This document shows positions 49,211-58,815 of a stretch of 64,000 nucleotides of DNA, in pieces (the first letter of the stretch is position 1; each line of letters starts with the position of its first letter). The notes below the pieces were generated by a model. The model did no database searches, was not told the DNA's origin, and saw only the letters and a program-made list of their open reading frames with translations. Source of the stretch: Bacteroidales bacterium (GTDB lineage: Bacteria; Bacteroidota; Bacteroidia; Bacteroidales; UBA10428). The stretch spans positions 340-64,339 of the forward strand of contig DATEVU010000134.1 of the NCBI GenBank assembly GCA_035258345.1, given 5' to 3'. The position numbers and the translations under genes are program-made.

Positions 49211-49216
49211 TACCCG

Positions 49217-49324
49217 TTACCTTTTATTCTGCTGTTTTTCCTTTTTTGCTGCCCGTTTTTCTTTCAGGGACATTTTGGCAACCTTTTTTTCCTTATCTTT
49301 TGTTGGCGCTTTCTCTTTTACCAT
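49217..49324 (-). CDS. Small lysine-rich basic protein (35 aa), not in the ORF track
   Basis: My own translation: MVKEKAPTKDKEKKVAKMSLKEKRAAKKEKQQNKR* (16 of 35 residues are K or R). An exact TAAATTTG -7 box lies on the minus strand at 49354-49347, 22 nt upstream of the ATG. Confidence 0.45.
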   Translation of the reverse strand: MVKEKAPTKDKEKKVAKMSLKEKRAAKKEKQQNKR

Positions 49325-49516
49325 GGTTCAGATTTTATGGTTTATACAAATTTAATAAAGTTTTTGGCGATTTTGCACCCGGCAAAGGATAAAAACCGCT
49401 TAAATTCATCACTTTCACGAAATAATACAAGAGATGCTTATACTACCAGATAAATGGTATCATCCTGTACTTTACTTTCTGCATAAAAGCAGGTTTTTCA
49501 TGCCAATGAAGGACTA

Positions 49517-50380
49517 TTAAAACTGATGAAATGCATCGGAAATAAATGAAAGTACGTCGGGCAGGGATTCCCGCCAGTAAGTCCAGGTATGCCCCCCATT
49601 ACGGATACGGAACTCATGGGGGATCTCTTTTTTACGCATGGCAATGTGCACCAGTGAATTTCCTTCGTATAAAAAGTCGTCATCCCCACAATCAATGAAC
49701 CACCTGACTGCTGTTTTCTGGTCATCCTGTAAGCTGTCGAGCAGGGGAATTACGCTGTGCCGTCTGTAGTAGGTTTCTATTTCCGCTTCGGTCACATCAT
49801 TCATTCCACTCTGTTCAAAACGGCTTTTTACCTGTTGCAGAGAAAGTGCGCCGGTGTATGCACTAAGCGGACAAGCTGAAGAGAACATTTCAGGATGACG
49901 AAGCGCATACATGAATGTGCCGCCACCACCCATCGACAAACCTGAAATGGCCCGGTACCGTTTTTCGCCTTTTATCCGGTATTGTTTTTCAACAAAGGGG
50001 ACAAACTCCTCAAAGAAAAAATCCTCATACCGCCATTCTCCTTTAATATCATTAAAATAGCCACGCTGACCGGTATTGGCATCGGGCATAACGATGATCA
50101 TGGGTGTGGCCTTCCCATGCTTAATAGCTTCATCGGCAATGTGAAGTACCTCTCCGAACTGTACCCAGCCGGTCTGGTCATCACCGCTGCCATGCAGCAG
50201 GTAAAGCACGGGATAGCTCCGTAGCGAGGTTTCATAGTCGGGAGGAAGATAAATGGCATATTTGCGTTCCATTTTGAGGATCTTGCTGGTCATGAACAGG
50301 TTATCCAGAACCTTGCCGGTTTGGCCCGTCAGCAATGCGGGAATTATCATGGCCAGGGCAAATGATAAAAGTTTTCTCAT
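49517..50380 (-). CDS. Secreted alpha/beta-hydrolase esterase (putative esterase / esterase D family)
   Basis: 287 aa. Signal peptide; YPVLYLLHGSGDDQTGW; nucleophile elbow GLSMGGGG. Confidence 0.8.
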   Translation of the reverse strand: MRKLLSFALAMIIPALLTGQTGKVLDNLFMTSKILKMERKYAIYLPPDYETSLRSYPVLYLLHGSGDDQTGWVQFGEVLHIADEAIKHGKATPMIIVMPDANTGQRGYFNDIKGEWRYEDFFFEEFVPFVEKQYRIKGEKRYRAISGLSMGGGGTFMYALRHPEMFSSACPLSAYTGALSLQQVKSRFEQSGMNDVTEAEIETYYRRHSVIPLLDSLQDDQKTAVRWFIDCGDDDFLYEGNSLVHIAMRKKEIPHEFRIRNGGHTWTYWRESLPDVLSFISDAFHQF

Positions 50381-50398
50381 GGTTAAAGGGTTAGGGTA

Positions 50399-50458
50399 GT
50401 GAAAAATTAAAAGTGAAAACTAAAAGTGAAAAGGTAACAGGACTGTAAGTATAGTGAA
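50399..50458 (+). repeat. Array of four GTGAA words (spacing 14/13/28)
   Basis: GTGAA starts at 50399, 50413, 50426 and 50454. The array is complementary in sense to the TTCAC array at 50480-50521. Confidence 0.75.
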
Positions 50459-50479
50459 TAATGACAAAAAATGCAATTC

Positions 50480-50521
50480 TTCACTATTCACTGTTCACCG
50501 TTCACTATTCACTATTCACTA
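50480..50521 (+). repeat. Six exact-period heptads TTCACYR overlapping the stop codon of the upstream (minus-strand) gene
   Basis: TTCAC starts at 50480, 50487, 50494, 50501, 50508 and 50515. The stop codon of the lipoprotein gene is at 50512-50514. Confidence 0.85.
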
Positions 50522-51405
50522 TCCCTCTCCCTCCAAAACTTAAACTCCTCCACACGAAATCCGATATCATAGGAATCTTTGGTTTCACCTGTCTCAATGT
50601 CAATAAAAAGGACCACATTATCCGGATTCAGGAGGATATAGCAACTGGTTTCCGCATCGTAACCCGACATGCAGGCAAAATAATCATTACGTTCCTGTAT
50701 CTGTACCTGGTAAACCAGTTCACCTGTAGTTGCATCCAGTGTTACCAGGTAATTCCTGTCTGTAACGACATCGTAGGTTACACCAATCAATCGGTCATTC
50801 GCTGCGTCATAATAACCGTTGGCAGGAGCTGCAAATGCTTTCGCCGAATCCACAATTACACCGGTATCAGGATTAATGAATACCAGGGTGCTGTCGGCAC
50901 GCATCAGTATATATTCTTTTTCCGGTGTTTTATAAAAAAAGGTACAGGCCAGGGTCCCGGTGCCCAGGTCAACCTCGTTCCGGGCTGCAATTTCTCCGGT
51001 CTCCAGGTTAATTTTATACACATAGTTGGATCCTGCTTCATAGCACTTCCCGATCAGCATATTTTCAACCGTATCGATGACGGCCTGGGATAAAAATTCA
51101 GGAACGGCAATAGCTTTCAACGTGTCACCGGTGAGCGGGTCAATCAGGTAAAACTTGCCATGACAGTCTACATAGCCATATCCCCCTGTGGTAGGATCGA
51201 AAAGGGTGGATCCGAGCAAATAGCATTCAACCGGGCTGGAAGTAATCTTACCTGATTTTAATCTGACGTTTACGAGTTCGGATGTATTTCCGCTTTTGAA
51301 CCCGGAAAGATTTAAGGTATCAGGTGTCTTTTCCTGCTGCTTTTCACAGGATAGTGCAAGCAATGCCAGGAAAAAAATGCACAGGTAACAGATGTTGTTT
51401 TTCAT
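50512..51405 (-). CDS. Lipoprotein with about five repeated blades (possible beta-propeller)
   Basis: Lipobox LALSC. A recurring D/N-x-x-TG-E/D motif appears every 45-50 aa (IDPLTGDT, INLETGEI, INPDTGVI, LDATTGEL, IDIETGET). I prefer the ATG at 51405; the track start is a TTG. Confidence 0.6.
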   Translation of the reverse strand: MKNNICYLCIFFLALLALSCEKQQEKTPDTLNLSGFKSGNTSELVNVRLKSGKITSSPVECYLLGSTLFDPTTGGYGYVDCHGKFYLIDPLTGDTLKAIAVPEFLSQAVIDTVENMLIGKCYEAGSNYVYKINLETGEIAARNEVDLGTGTLACTFFYKTPEKEYILMRADSTLVFINPDTGVIVDSAKAFAAPANGYYDAANDRLIGVTYDVVTDRNYLVTLDATTGELVYQVQIQERNDYFACMSGYDAETSCYILLNPDNVVLFIDIETGETKDSYDIGFRVEEFKFWRERDSE

Positions 51406-51425
51406 AATTGCATAAATGAAGTACT

Positions 51426-52565
51426 TCAATAACCTTCCTTGCCATTCAATTCCGCAATAACAGCCTCAATTTGCCTGTCGTAATAACCAATTGCATGGGT
51501 GTATTGTTCTGTCTCCTCGTTAATTGATTTGTAAATGAGCTCATAGCTTTTTATTCTCAGGTCGCAATACCACAGGATCTTTTTATTCCTTTCATGCAGG
51601 TCATCAGGCAGGTCAAGCTTGTCAGCCGCACTGACAATCCTGATACTTTCTTTCCAGCCTGGCAGACCATTTTCGGTTATCGCCGATAGCAACTGTTCCT
51701 TCGGCGTGTCTTTGGGCATATTGTATAACCCGAGTGCCTTTTCTTCCAGCGCAGTAAATTCTTTCATAAGGGCATCGTATTTCCCGATATCGTTGGGCAA
51801 TTGCCTGTAAACGATCGCTGAAGCTGAAATAGTTACCAGGGTGAGCAATGCAATGGTCAGGTACTTTAACCAGGGTGCCTTGTGCTTTCTCAGGCTTGGG
51901 AAATAGGCAAATCCAATGGCCACACCACACAGTAACCCGCCGATATGGGCAGCATTGTCAATCCCTCCCTTCATGCCGTAAAGAATATTGTAACCAACAA
52001 ACACAGCAATACTGGTAAACAATGATTTTCTGTCTGACTTTTCAACCAGATCAGAAGTAAGCATGGAAAGAAAAACGCCATACATTCCGAAGATAGCGCC
52101 GGAGGCTCCGGCACTGATCGTATGATCATTCCACCACAGACTGGTCATGCTGGCCGTTATTCCGGTAAGCAGGTAGGCGGCAATAATTCTTCCTGTTCCC
52201 AGGTAAGGTTCCAGTAACAACCCGATATAATAAAGAGCATACATGTTCATTAACAGGTGGAAAATCCCGATATGCAGGAAACAGCTGGTTATCAACCGCC
52301 ACCATTCCCCTTCGAGTGTAATCCCGCGGAAATTTGCGCCCCACGCCAACAGGTTTTCGCTATCCGGTAATAATGCATTCACTCCTGATATTATCATCAA
52401 TCCAAAAACGATGATATTCAGATCAATTATAACCGGGATGACAATGTAACCCTGTCGCGGAACGAACACCAACAGAAATTCCATGACATTGCCGTACGCT
52501 GAGGAATATACGGGTGCGACCTGGCCTTCCTCCTCCCCTGGTTTATGTTTAAAACCAATTGTCAT
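51426..52565 (-). CDS. Rhomboid-family intramembrane serine protease with a C-terminal extension
   Basis: 379 aa. WRLITSCFLHIGIFHLLMNM; GASGAIFGMYG; AHIGGLLCG. Confidence 0.88.
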   Translation of the reverse strand: MTIGFKHKPGEEEGQVAPVYSSAYGNVMEFLLVFVPRQGYIVIPVIIDLNIIVFGLMIISGVNALLPDSENLLAWGANFRGITLEGEWWRLITSCFLHIGIFHLLMNMYALYYIGLLLEPYLGTGRIIAAYLLTGITASMTSLWWNDHTISAGASGAIFGMYGVFLSMLTSDLVEKSDRKSLFTSIAVFVGYNILYGMKGGIDNAAHIGGLLCGVAIGFAYFPSLRKHKAPWLKYLTIALLTLVTISASAIVYRQLPNDIGKYDALMKEFTALEEKALGLYNMPKDTPKEQLLSAITENGLPGWKESIRIVSAADKLDLPDDLHERNKKILWYCDLRIKSYELIYKSINEETEQYTHAIGYYDRQIEAVIAELNGKEGY

Positions 52566-52605
52566 TTCGGATCTGATTTATCGGGTTACATTATAATGAA
52601 CATGG

Positions 52606-53943
52606 CTAAAGTCTCTTAAATTCAATAAAATTCAGATTAAATCCTCCCTTTTCCACAATCAGCCTTAGGGTATTATTTCCTTTTGCAAGGTTTACCTCTC
52701 CCAGCGATATGGTTTTCCATTGCTGATCGCCTCCGGTTATGGGGATAAGTATTGGTTCTGATGAAGAATTCATATTCCAGGATAATCGTATACCCTCCGG
52801 GCTGTTGTTATTTGCCACGCGGGCTGATAGGACATAGGCACCATCGCTTCCGGCTGTGACCGTAAACTGAAGCCATTCGGCATCGTCAACCGACATAACA
52901 TTATACCCGTTTGTGAAACCGGATGAATCCCTGCAAATCCCAATATCAACACCATCATTCCGGTAATAACGGCCTTTGTTCCCGGCCTTTTTTCCGGATT
53001 CTCCCGTATTTTCATTCTCGGTATCGAAATAGGCATGCCCAGTATACCCCATGTCAAAGTCAGCCGCATAGATCCTTCCCGGAATCCTGTTTATCATGTA
53101 GGGCAGGGTGGATAAGTCCTCCCTTTGCCGGAACATCGCATCGATGACATCTTTATTGAAACGGCATTGCTGTGTCTTCATATTTTCGACAATAGTAAAC
53201 AATACCTCAATAGCCAGCTCACGGGAAGGCTTTTCGGTGTTTTTGTTCCAGTAATTCACCAGTTGGTAATATTCTTTGGGTGCAACGATCATCAACGGGC
53301 ATACCGCTGAATTGATTTTCTTTAGTGGCCACCAGGCCCATCCGATATTGTTTTTCTCCAGCAGGGAGATGCAATCGGTAAACCACTTGTTTGAATTTTC
53401 CCCGGTTTCGTCATAATCCGAAATGTTGGCATCTTTCCCTTGTCCTCCCGGAGCTGCATGGAGGTCAAGGATCAGGTAGAGGTTATTGGCCCTGCACCAT
53501 TCCAGCAGGCTGTCGGTAAGTGCAAAGCCCTTCGCAAGCCAGGTATTCCTGCCTTTAGCCGGTTCATCTTCAATGGGCAGGGTGAACAGGTTATAATGCA
53601 TGGGCAGGCGTATGCTGTTAAATCCCCATCTGGCCATGGAATCAACATCCGCCCGTGTCATGTGGTTCTGAAGCCACAGATCGTAGAACCTGTCACAGTT
53701 TTCCGGGCCTATCAGTTCGGTTATCCGCGCCCTTATCACATGTTGCATACCCTGGTTGTTGATTTGCAGCATATAACCTTCCTGCAGCATCCAGCCGCCA
53801 AGTCCCATTCCCCGGAGAATGATCTCTTCCCCGTTTGCTTCAACAATGCGTTTACCATCGGCTTTCAAATAGCCCTGACAATGTATTGGCTTAATTTGCG
53901 ATGCGGATATCGCCAGCGCCAGAATTAACAGTTTGTATTTCAT
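52606..53943 (-). CDS. GH5-derived protein with a C-terminal CBM6/35-like domain; the central catalytic segment is missing (probable pseudo-enzyme or decaying gene)
   Basis: The N-terminal part reads as GH5 (RGMGLGGWMLQEGYM, WGFNSIRLPMHY, LILDLHAAPGGQ). Only about 17 residues separate DLH from the nucleophile-type ETGENSNKW. There is no NEP acid/base motif anywhere in the ORF. Confidence 0.7.
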   Translation of the reverse strand: MKYKLLILALAISASQIKPIHCQGYLKADGKRIVEANGEEIILRGMGLGGWMLQEGYMLQINNQGMQHVIRARITELIGPENCDRFYDLWLQNHMTRADVDSMARWGFNSIRLPMHYNLFTLPIEDEPAKGRNTWLAKGFALTDSLLEWCRANNLYLILDLHAAPGGQGKDANISDYDETGENSNKWFTDCISLLEKNNIGWAWWPLKKINSAVCPLMIVAPKEYYQLVNYWNKNTEKPSRELAIEVLFTIVENMKTQQCRFNKDVIDAMFRQREDLSTLPYMINRIPGRIYAADFDMGYTGHAYFDTENENTGESGKKAGNKGRYYRNDGVDIGICRDSSGFTNGYNVMSVDDAEWLQFTVTAGSDGAYVLSARVANNNSPEGIRLSWNMNSSSEPILIPITGGDQQWKTISLGEVNLAKGNNTLRLIVEKGGFNLNFIEFKRL

Positions 53944-54077
53944 ACTTTCACATAGCCACATTTTTCCAAAACTCTTTGCGAAGCAGTATTATATTCATAC
54001 ACCCCGGTCAGCCTGGGGGCATCAGATTCCCGTAAAGCACGGAGTTCAATTTCACCGGATTTCAGGTACATGGTCAT
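53940..54077 (-). pseudogene. 45-aa GNAT acetyltransferase remnant (N-terminal strand fused to C-terminal helix; acetyl-CoA core deleted)
   Basis: My own translation: [45 protein letters not shown]. Its ATG shares 1 nt with the upstream TAA (TAATG). Its TGA overlaps the GH5 ATG (ATGA). Confidence 0.55.
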
Positions 54078-56104
54078 TATTTAGGTAAAGTTAGCAGGGT
54101 GAGTGCTTCATCAACCTCTTCAACAGGCCGACTGCAGGTCTTATCAATGCACACATAAATCAACGTTTTGTTTCTCACCAGTTTATTTGCGAGCAGGGGA
54201 AGGTTTTCTGCTTTGCCCCCGAGAAACATGGCAGTGGGAAGATAATTCTTTTGAAGTTCAAGGCTTTTAGCGGTAGCCTTTTCGCCGGTAATGGCAACTT
54301 CGTGACTGGGAAACACGACTAATCCGAGTAATAAAGCCCAGTTTGCATAATAGGGCCCCCCGCCGGCCAGTTCTTGTTCCATCTGCCGGAGCATTTGTAA
54401 GGCTCGGCCAATATAAGAACTATTATCATGATAGTGTCCGAGGCGGAACAACACCCTGGCCAATACCGAATTGGATGCTGGAATGACATTGTCGGCCACC
54501 TCGCGTTTGCGGGCTATAAGCGGGTCTGACAGGTCAGAGGTATAAAAAAACAGGGATCCGTTGCCGGCGGAAAAATGTTCCGTTGCAAAAAGAGTTAGCC
54601 TGTCGCTTAGCTCCAGCCAGTGTAAATCAAATGTAACCTCGTACAAATTGATGCATGCTTCGGCAAAAAAAGCAAAATCATCCAGAAAACCCGCAACAGA
54701 TGCTTTACCATTTCTAAAGCTCCGCCACAGGTTACCCAAATCGCGTATCATGTTGTTTTCAAGAAATGTTGCGGCTGAAATGGCAGCTTCAAGGTACAAT
54801 TGTTTACCAAGAGCTTTGAATGCATCCACGCAAGCTGTTATCATCAAGGCATTCCAGGCTGTAATTATTTTTTCGTCACGGGCAGGCCGTGATCTTTTTT
54901 CCCGGGCAAGGAGCAATGTATTATTAGCCTTATCCAGCATTTCTGAAAAATTTTCCGGTTGCAGGTTATGCTGCCTGGCAAAAGCTGCTTTTGACGGCTG
55001 AGCAAGGAGAATATTCTGTCCTTCCTCCCAGTTTCCCTCCGGAATTGCCTGATACCAGGCTGAAATTATCCGGGATACCGATGGTCCGAGAATTTCTTCA
55101 AGCTCTTTAATGCTCCAGGCATAAAACCTGCCTTCTCCGCCTTCGCTATCGGCATCCAGTGAAGCGTAAAATCCTCCTTCCGGGCTCATCAGTTCGCGTT
55201 GTACAAAAGCCACGGTTTGCTCAACAATGCCGGCATAGGCCGGATTCCGGGTTACCTGCCAGGCATGCGCATACAGACTAACCAATTGGGCATTGTCATA
55301 CAGCATTTTCTCAAAATGAGGCACTTTCCAATGTTTGTCAGTTGAATATCTGGCAAATCCACCCCCTACCTGATCATAAATCCCTCCATTTGCCATTGCC
55401 TGCAGAGTAATACCAATACTTTCCAGTGCTTTCTCATTTCCTGTAAGGTAATAGTACTGTAACACGAATTCCCATGCAACGGGCAGGGGAAATTTGGGAA
55501 CAGCAGCAAATCCGCCGGCATGATAATCAATTAAATCCTCCCAGGCCGAAAAGATCTTTTTATATTGATCCTTGTTGAAATCGTAGTGGTCCCTGCTTTT
55601 GGACAGTATAAAGTGATCATTCCGGATGGCTTCTGTCAGTGAATCTGCCTGATGTTCAAGTTCCGTATACTGATCATTATAAATCCGGACAATCCTTTTC
55701 AGCAATTCAAGCCATTGATTTTTTGGGAAATAGGTACCGGCATAAAACGGTCTTCCATCGGGGAGGGCAAAGGCATTCAGGGGCCATCCGCCTCCTCCCG
55801 AAATATGCTGTGCGGCTTCCATATAAATCTGGTCAATATCCGGTCGTTCTTCCCGGTCGATCTTGATACAGATAAAGTGCCTGTTCATGAAACCGGCCAC
55901 CACCTCATCCATAAAAGATTCATGTGCCATCACATGGCACCAGTGGCATGCAGCGTACCCAATGCTGATAATGAGGGGTTTGTTTTCATTTACCGCTTTG
56001 TCCAGCGCTTCTTCACCCCATTCATACCAGTCAACGGGATTCCCGGCGTGTTGCTGCAGGTAGGGACTGCTGGCTGAAGCAAGCCGATTAAGATGGGTAT
56101 CCAT
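54077..56104 (-). CDS. Thioredoxin-domain protein (DUF255 / YyaL / SPATA20-like, with an (alpha/alpha)6 C-terminal domain)
   Basis: [60 protein letters not shown] prefer the ATG at 56104; the track start at 56155 is a TTG. Confidence 0.9.
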   Translation of the reverse strand: MDTHLNRLASASSPYLQQHAGNPVDWYEWGEEALDKAVNENKPLIISIGYAACHWCHVMAHESFMDEVVAGFMNRHFICIKIDREERPDIDQIYMEAAQHISGGGGWPLNAFALPDGRPFYAGTYFPKNQWLELLKRIVRIYNDQYTELEHQADSLTEAIRNDHFILSKSRDHYDFNKDQYKKIFSAWEDLIDYHAGGFAAVPKFPLPVAWEFVLQYYYLTGNEKALESIGITLQAMANGGIYDQVGGGFARYSTDKHWKVPHFEKMLYDNAQLVSLYAHAWQVTRNPAYAGIVEQTVAFVQRELMSPEGGFYASLDADSEGGEGRFYAWSIKELEEILGPSVSRIISAWYQAIPEGNWEEGQNILLAQPSKAAFARQHNLQPENFSEMLDKANNTLLLAREKRSRPARDEKIITAWNALMITACVDAFKALGKQLYLEAAISAATFLENNMIRDLGNLWRSFRNGKASVAGFLDDFAFFAEACINLYEVTFDLHWLELSDRLTLFATEHFSAGNGSLFFYTSDLSDPLIARKREVADNVIPASNSVLARVLFRLGHYHDNSSYIGRALQMLRQMEQELAGGGPYYANWALLLGLVVFPSHEVAITGEKATAKSLELQKNYLPTAMFLGGKAENLPLLANKLVRNKTLIYVCIDKTCSRPVEEVDEALTLLTLPK

Positions 56105-56207
56105 TTGGTAGTAAAAATCGTCTGTTTCGTCTAATTTTGCAAGTGTGTTGGACAAATCCTGACAAGTATTAATTTAAATTTCTATTTTTAGTACGTCAAA
56201 TCAAACA

Positions 56208-57632
56208 ATGTCAAGAACTAATCATATGAAAGAAAAATCAAAAAAAGGATTAAACCGCAGGGAATTCCTGGGGCTATCAGCGCTTGGACTTACCGGTCTT
56301 ACCATTCTTCCGAGCTATGTGGTGAATGGGATACGCATTGCTCCCAGCGACCGTGTGGTTATGGGCTTCATCGGACTGGGGCAACAGGGATTATCTGATT
56401 TTGCGGGTTTCGCAGGTGTTCCCGGATTACATGTAGCCGCCTGTTGTGATGTGGACTCCATGAAGCAATTGCGTTTCAAAAAGCGCATTGAAACCTGGCA
56501 GCAATCAAAATCAGTTGCACCGCGTTGCGATTCGTATGAACATTATGAGCAGTTGCTGGAACGCAGGGATATTGATGCAATTGAAGTAGCTACACCTGAT
56601 CACTGGCATGCGCTAATGACCATTCACGCCTGCCAGGCAGGTAAAGATGTTTATGTGCAGAAACCATTGGCTTTTACTATCCAGGAAGGTCTGAGGATGG
56701 TAAGGGTAGCCCGTGACAATAAGCGCGTGGTGCAGGTAGGAAGCCAACAGCGGTCGAGCAAGGAGTTCCAGAAAGCCATTGAACTGGTTCAATCCGGTGC
56801 CATTGGCCATATTACTAAAATTTACTCAAAGGTAGGAGATCCGCCCAAGCCGCTCGACCTGCCTGAAATGCCTGTTCCCGGTAATCTGAACTGGAACCTG
56901 TGGCTGGGGCCACTCAATGATTCAAAAATAAATTATCACTCCGACCTGTGTCCTCCCATTTCAGTGGAACCGGAGGAAAGAGAAAAGCTCTGGGGTGCAT
57001 GGCGCTGGTATCGCGAAACCGGAAACGGATTCACAGCCGACTGGGGTGCTCATATGTTTGATATTTCTCAGGCTGCAATTGGTATGGACGGATCAGGACC
57101 ATGTGAGATTATTCCCAAGGGTTACAACGGGCAATCCTATATGACATTTAAATACCTGAATGGTATTATAATGACTGAGCAGCCATACCTCGAAGACATG
57201 CCGGGTGCACAGGGTATCAAATTCATCGGTACCGACGGTTGGATAGAGGTTGCACGGGGTTACCTGGGAAGTTCAAAACCTGCCCTTGTACCGCAGGAAC
57301 TTGCAGGGAACCGGCCTAAGCAGATGACGCCCGAAGAGCGCCGGAAAATGTTTGAACAAATGCAAAATAGTGCTGCACGGGGTTCCGGGAGTTTTGAAAT
57401 CAGCTCACCGCATATGCAAAACTTTGTTGATTCAATACGTTTGCGGATGGATCCCATTGCTCCTGTTGAAGTGGGCTGCAGCACCAACACGCTGTGCTGC
57501 CTGGGCAATATTGCCACGGAGCTGGGCCGCCCGGTAAAATGGAATCCTGCCACGCTGAGCTTTGGTGATGACAAGGAGGCCCTCCACCACAGGCTGAATG
57601 CGTATGCATACAGAAGTCCCTACAAGCTATAA
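56208..57632 (+). CDS. Tat-exported Gfo/Idh/MocA-family oxidoreductase
   Basis: 474 aa. Twin-arginine signal NRREFLGLSALGL; Rossmann GFIGLGQQG...EVATPDHWH. Confidence 0.88.
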   Translation: MSRTNHMKEKSKKGLNRREFLGLSALGLTGLTILPSYVVNGIRIAPSDRVVMGFIGLGQQGLSDFAGFAGVPGLHVAACCDVDSMKQLRFKKRIETWQQSKSVAPRCDSYEHYEQLLERRDIDAIEVATPDHWHALMTIHACQAGKDVYVQKPLAFTIQEGLRMVRVARDNKRVVQVGSQQRSSKEFQKAIELVQSGAIGHITKIYSKVGDPPKPLDLPEMPVPGNLNWNLWLGPLNDSKINYHSDLCPPISVEPEEREKLWGAWRWYRETGNGFTADWGAHMFDISQAAIGMDGSGPCEIIPKGYNGQSYMTFKYLNGIIMTEQPYLEDMPGAQGIKFIGTDGWIEVARGYLGSSKPALVPQELAGNRPKQMTPEERRKMFEQMQNSAARGSGSFEISSPHMQNFVDSIRLRMDPIAPVEVGCSTNTLCCLGNIATELGRPVKWNPATLSFGDDKEALHHRLNAYAYRSPYKL

Positions 57633-57660
57633 TTGCTGGAGGATGTATACCATCGAATCA

Positions 57661-57688
57661 GGACCGCCTAAGGGGCGGTCTTTTTTTT
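57661..57688 (+). terminator. Rho-independent terminator
   Basis: GACCGCC-taagg-GGCGGTC followed by T8. Confidence 0.88.
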
Positions 57689-57741
57689 GCTGTAACAAAA
57701 GCTCCAAATGATCGTCACTATATCAATAAACCCTGTTAAGC

Positions 57742-58693
57742 ATGCAATTCACATTTCCAAAAAACCTGGTATTTATTGCCTTTGTTTTATTAACACATGC
57801 ATGTTTCGCACAAGGTATCAAAGGTACGACTATGCACCCATGAAGGAGGGCAATGTTCATTTTCATATTGGCAGTGAATCCGCGGATAATAATTCTGAGT
57901 CGGGATTGAATTCCTCGTTGAATTCACTGGTTTCGTTACTTTTCCGGCGAAATTATTTAAAGCTCTATCATCAAAATCATGCTTATCTTTCGAACCGGAT
58001 TGATCTGACAAATGGACTGAATCTGTCGGCTACCCTGGGATATAAAACAGCACAGCCATTGAACAACTATTCGGATTATTCATTCTTTTTCAGGGGTGAA
58101 AGGGAGTATTCACCCCACAGCATTATTACCGGGTGTGGGGCGGGAGAAAGCACTACCAGCATTCAAAGTATCCTACTTTATTTGTCCGCAACAGGATGGC
58201 AGTTCCAGGCATTGTAAACAGCACTGCTGATTATGACCTGTTGGAAATTGGTGTAAAGCAGCACAGGGAATGGGGTATGATGCATGCTTTTTCATGGAAT
58301 ATAAAAGGTGGCTTCTTTTTAAACCGCAGCCATATTTACCTGATGAATGACAAATACCTCAACAACCAGGATCTGCCAGTTGCTTTGGGAAATACCGGAG
58401 ATGCCTTCCGCCTGGTACCGTTTTACCGGAATGCCACTACCGGAAATTATGCAGAAGCACATGTAAGATTCACAACACCTTATCTGCTGATAAAATATCT
58501 TCCGTTCCTGAGCAACAAATTGTGGTGTGAGAACCTGCATGTTAACTACTTAACCACCGGCCAGCTGCAGAACTACCGGGGAATTGGGTACAGCATAAGT
58601 CAGATCTACATGGTAGGGAGCATTGGGGTTTTTGCAGGATTTACCGGCACTTCCTATCAATCGTACGGGATACAGGCATCGTTTGATTTTTAG
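57742..58693 (+). pseudogene. Remnant of a DUF5686 / carboxypeptidase-regulatory-domain outer-membrane protein
   Basis: A 33-aa fragment with signal peptide and domain start (MQFTFPKNLVFIAFVLLTHACFAQGIKGTTMHP*) ends at 57843. Two further frames carry only the C-terminal roughly 270 aa (LFRRNYLKLYHQNHAYL...; ...YLLIKYLPFLSNKLWCENLHVNYL...). This implies at least two frameshifts plus loss of several hundred codons. Confidence 0.75.
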
Positions 58694-58815
58694 GAAATAA
58701 TAAACCCATTGATATTATTGAAAATCAACCGCATCTTGCATGATAACCTGGGGAGAACCATATGCCTTGCTCAGGCAATGATAAAACATCGAACAGGTAA
58801 CCATAATGTCACGTA

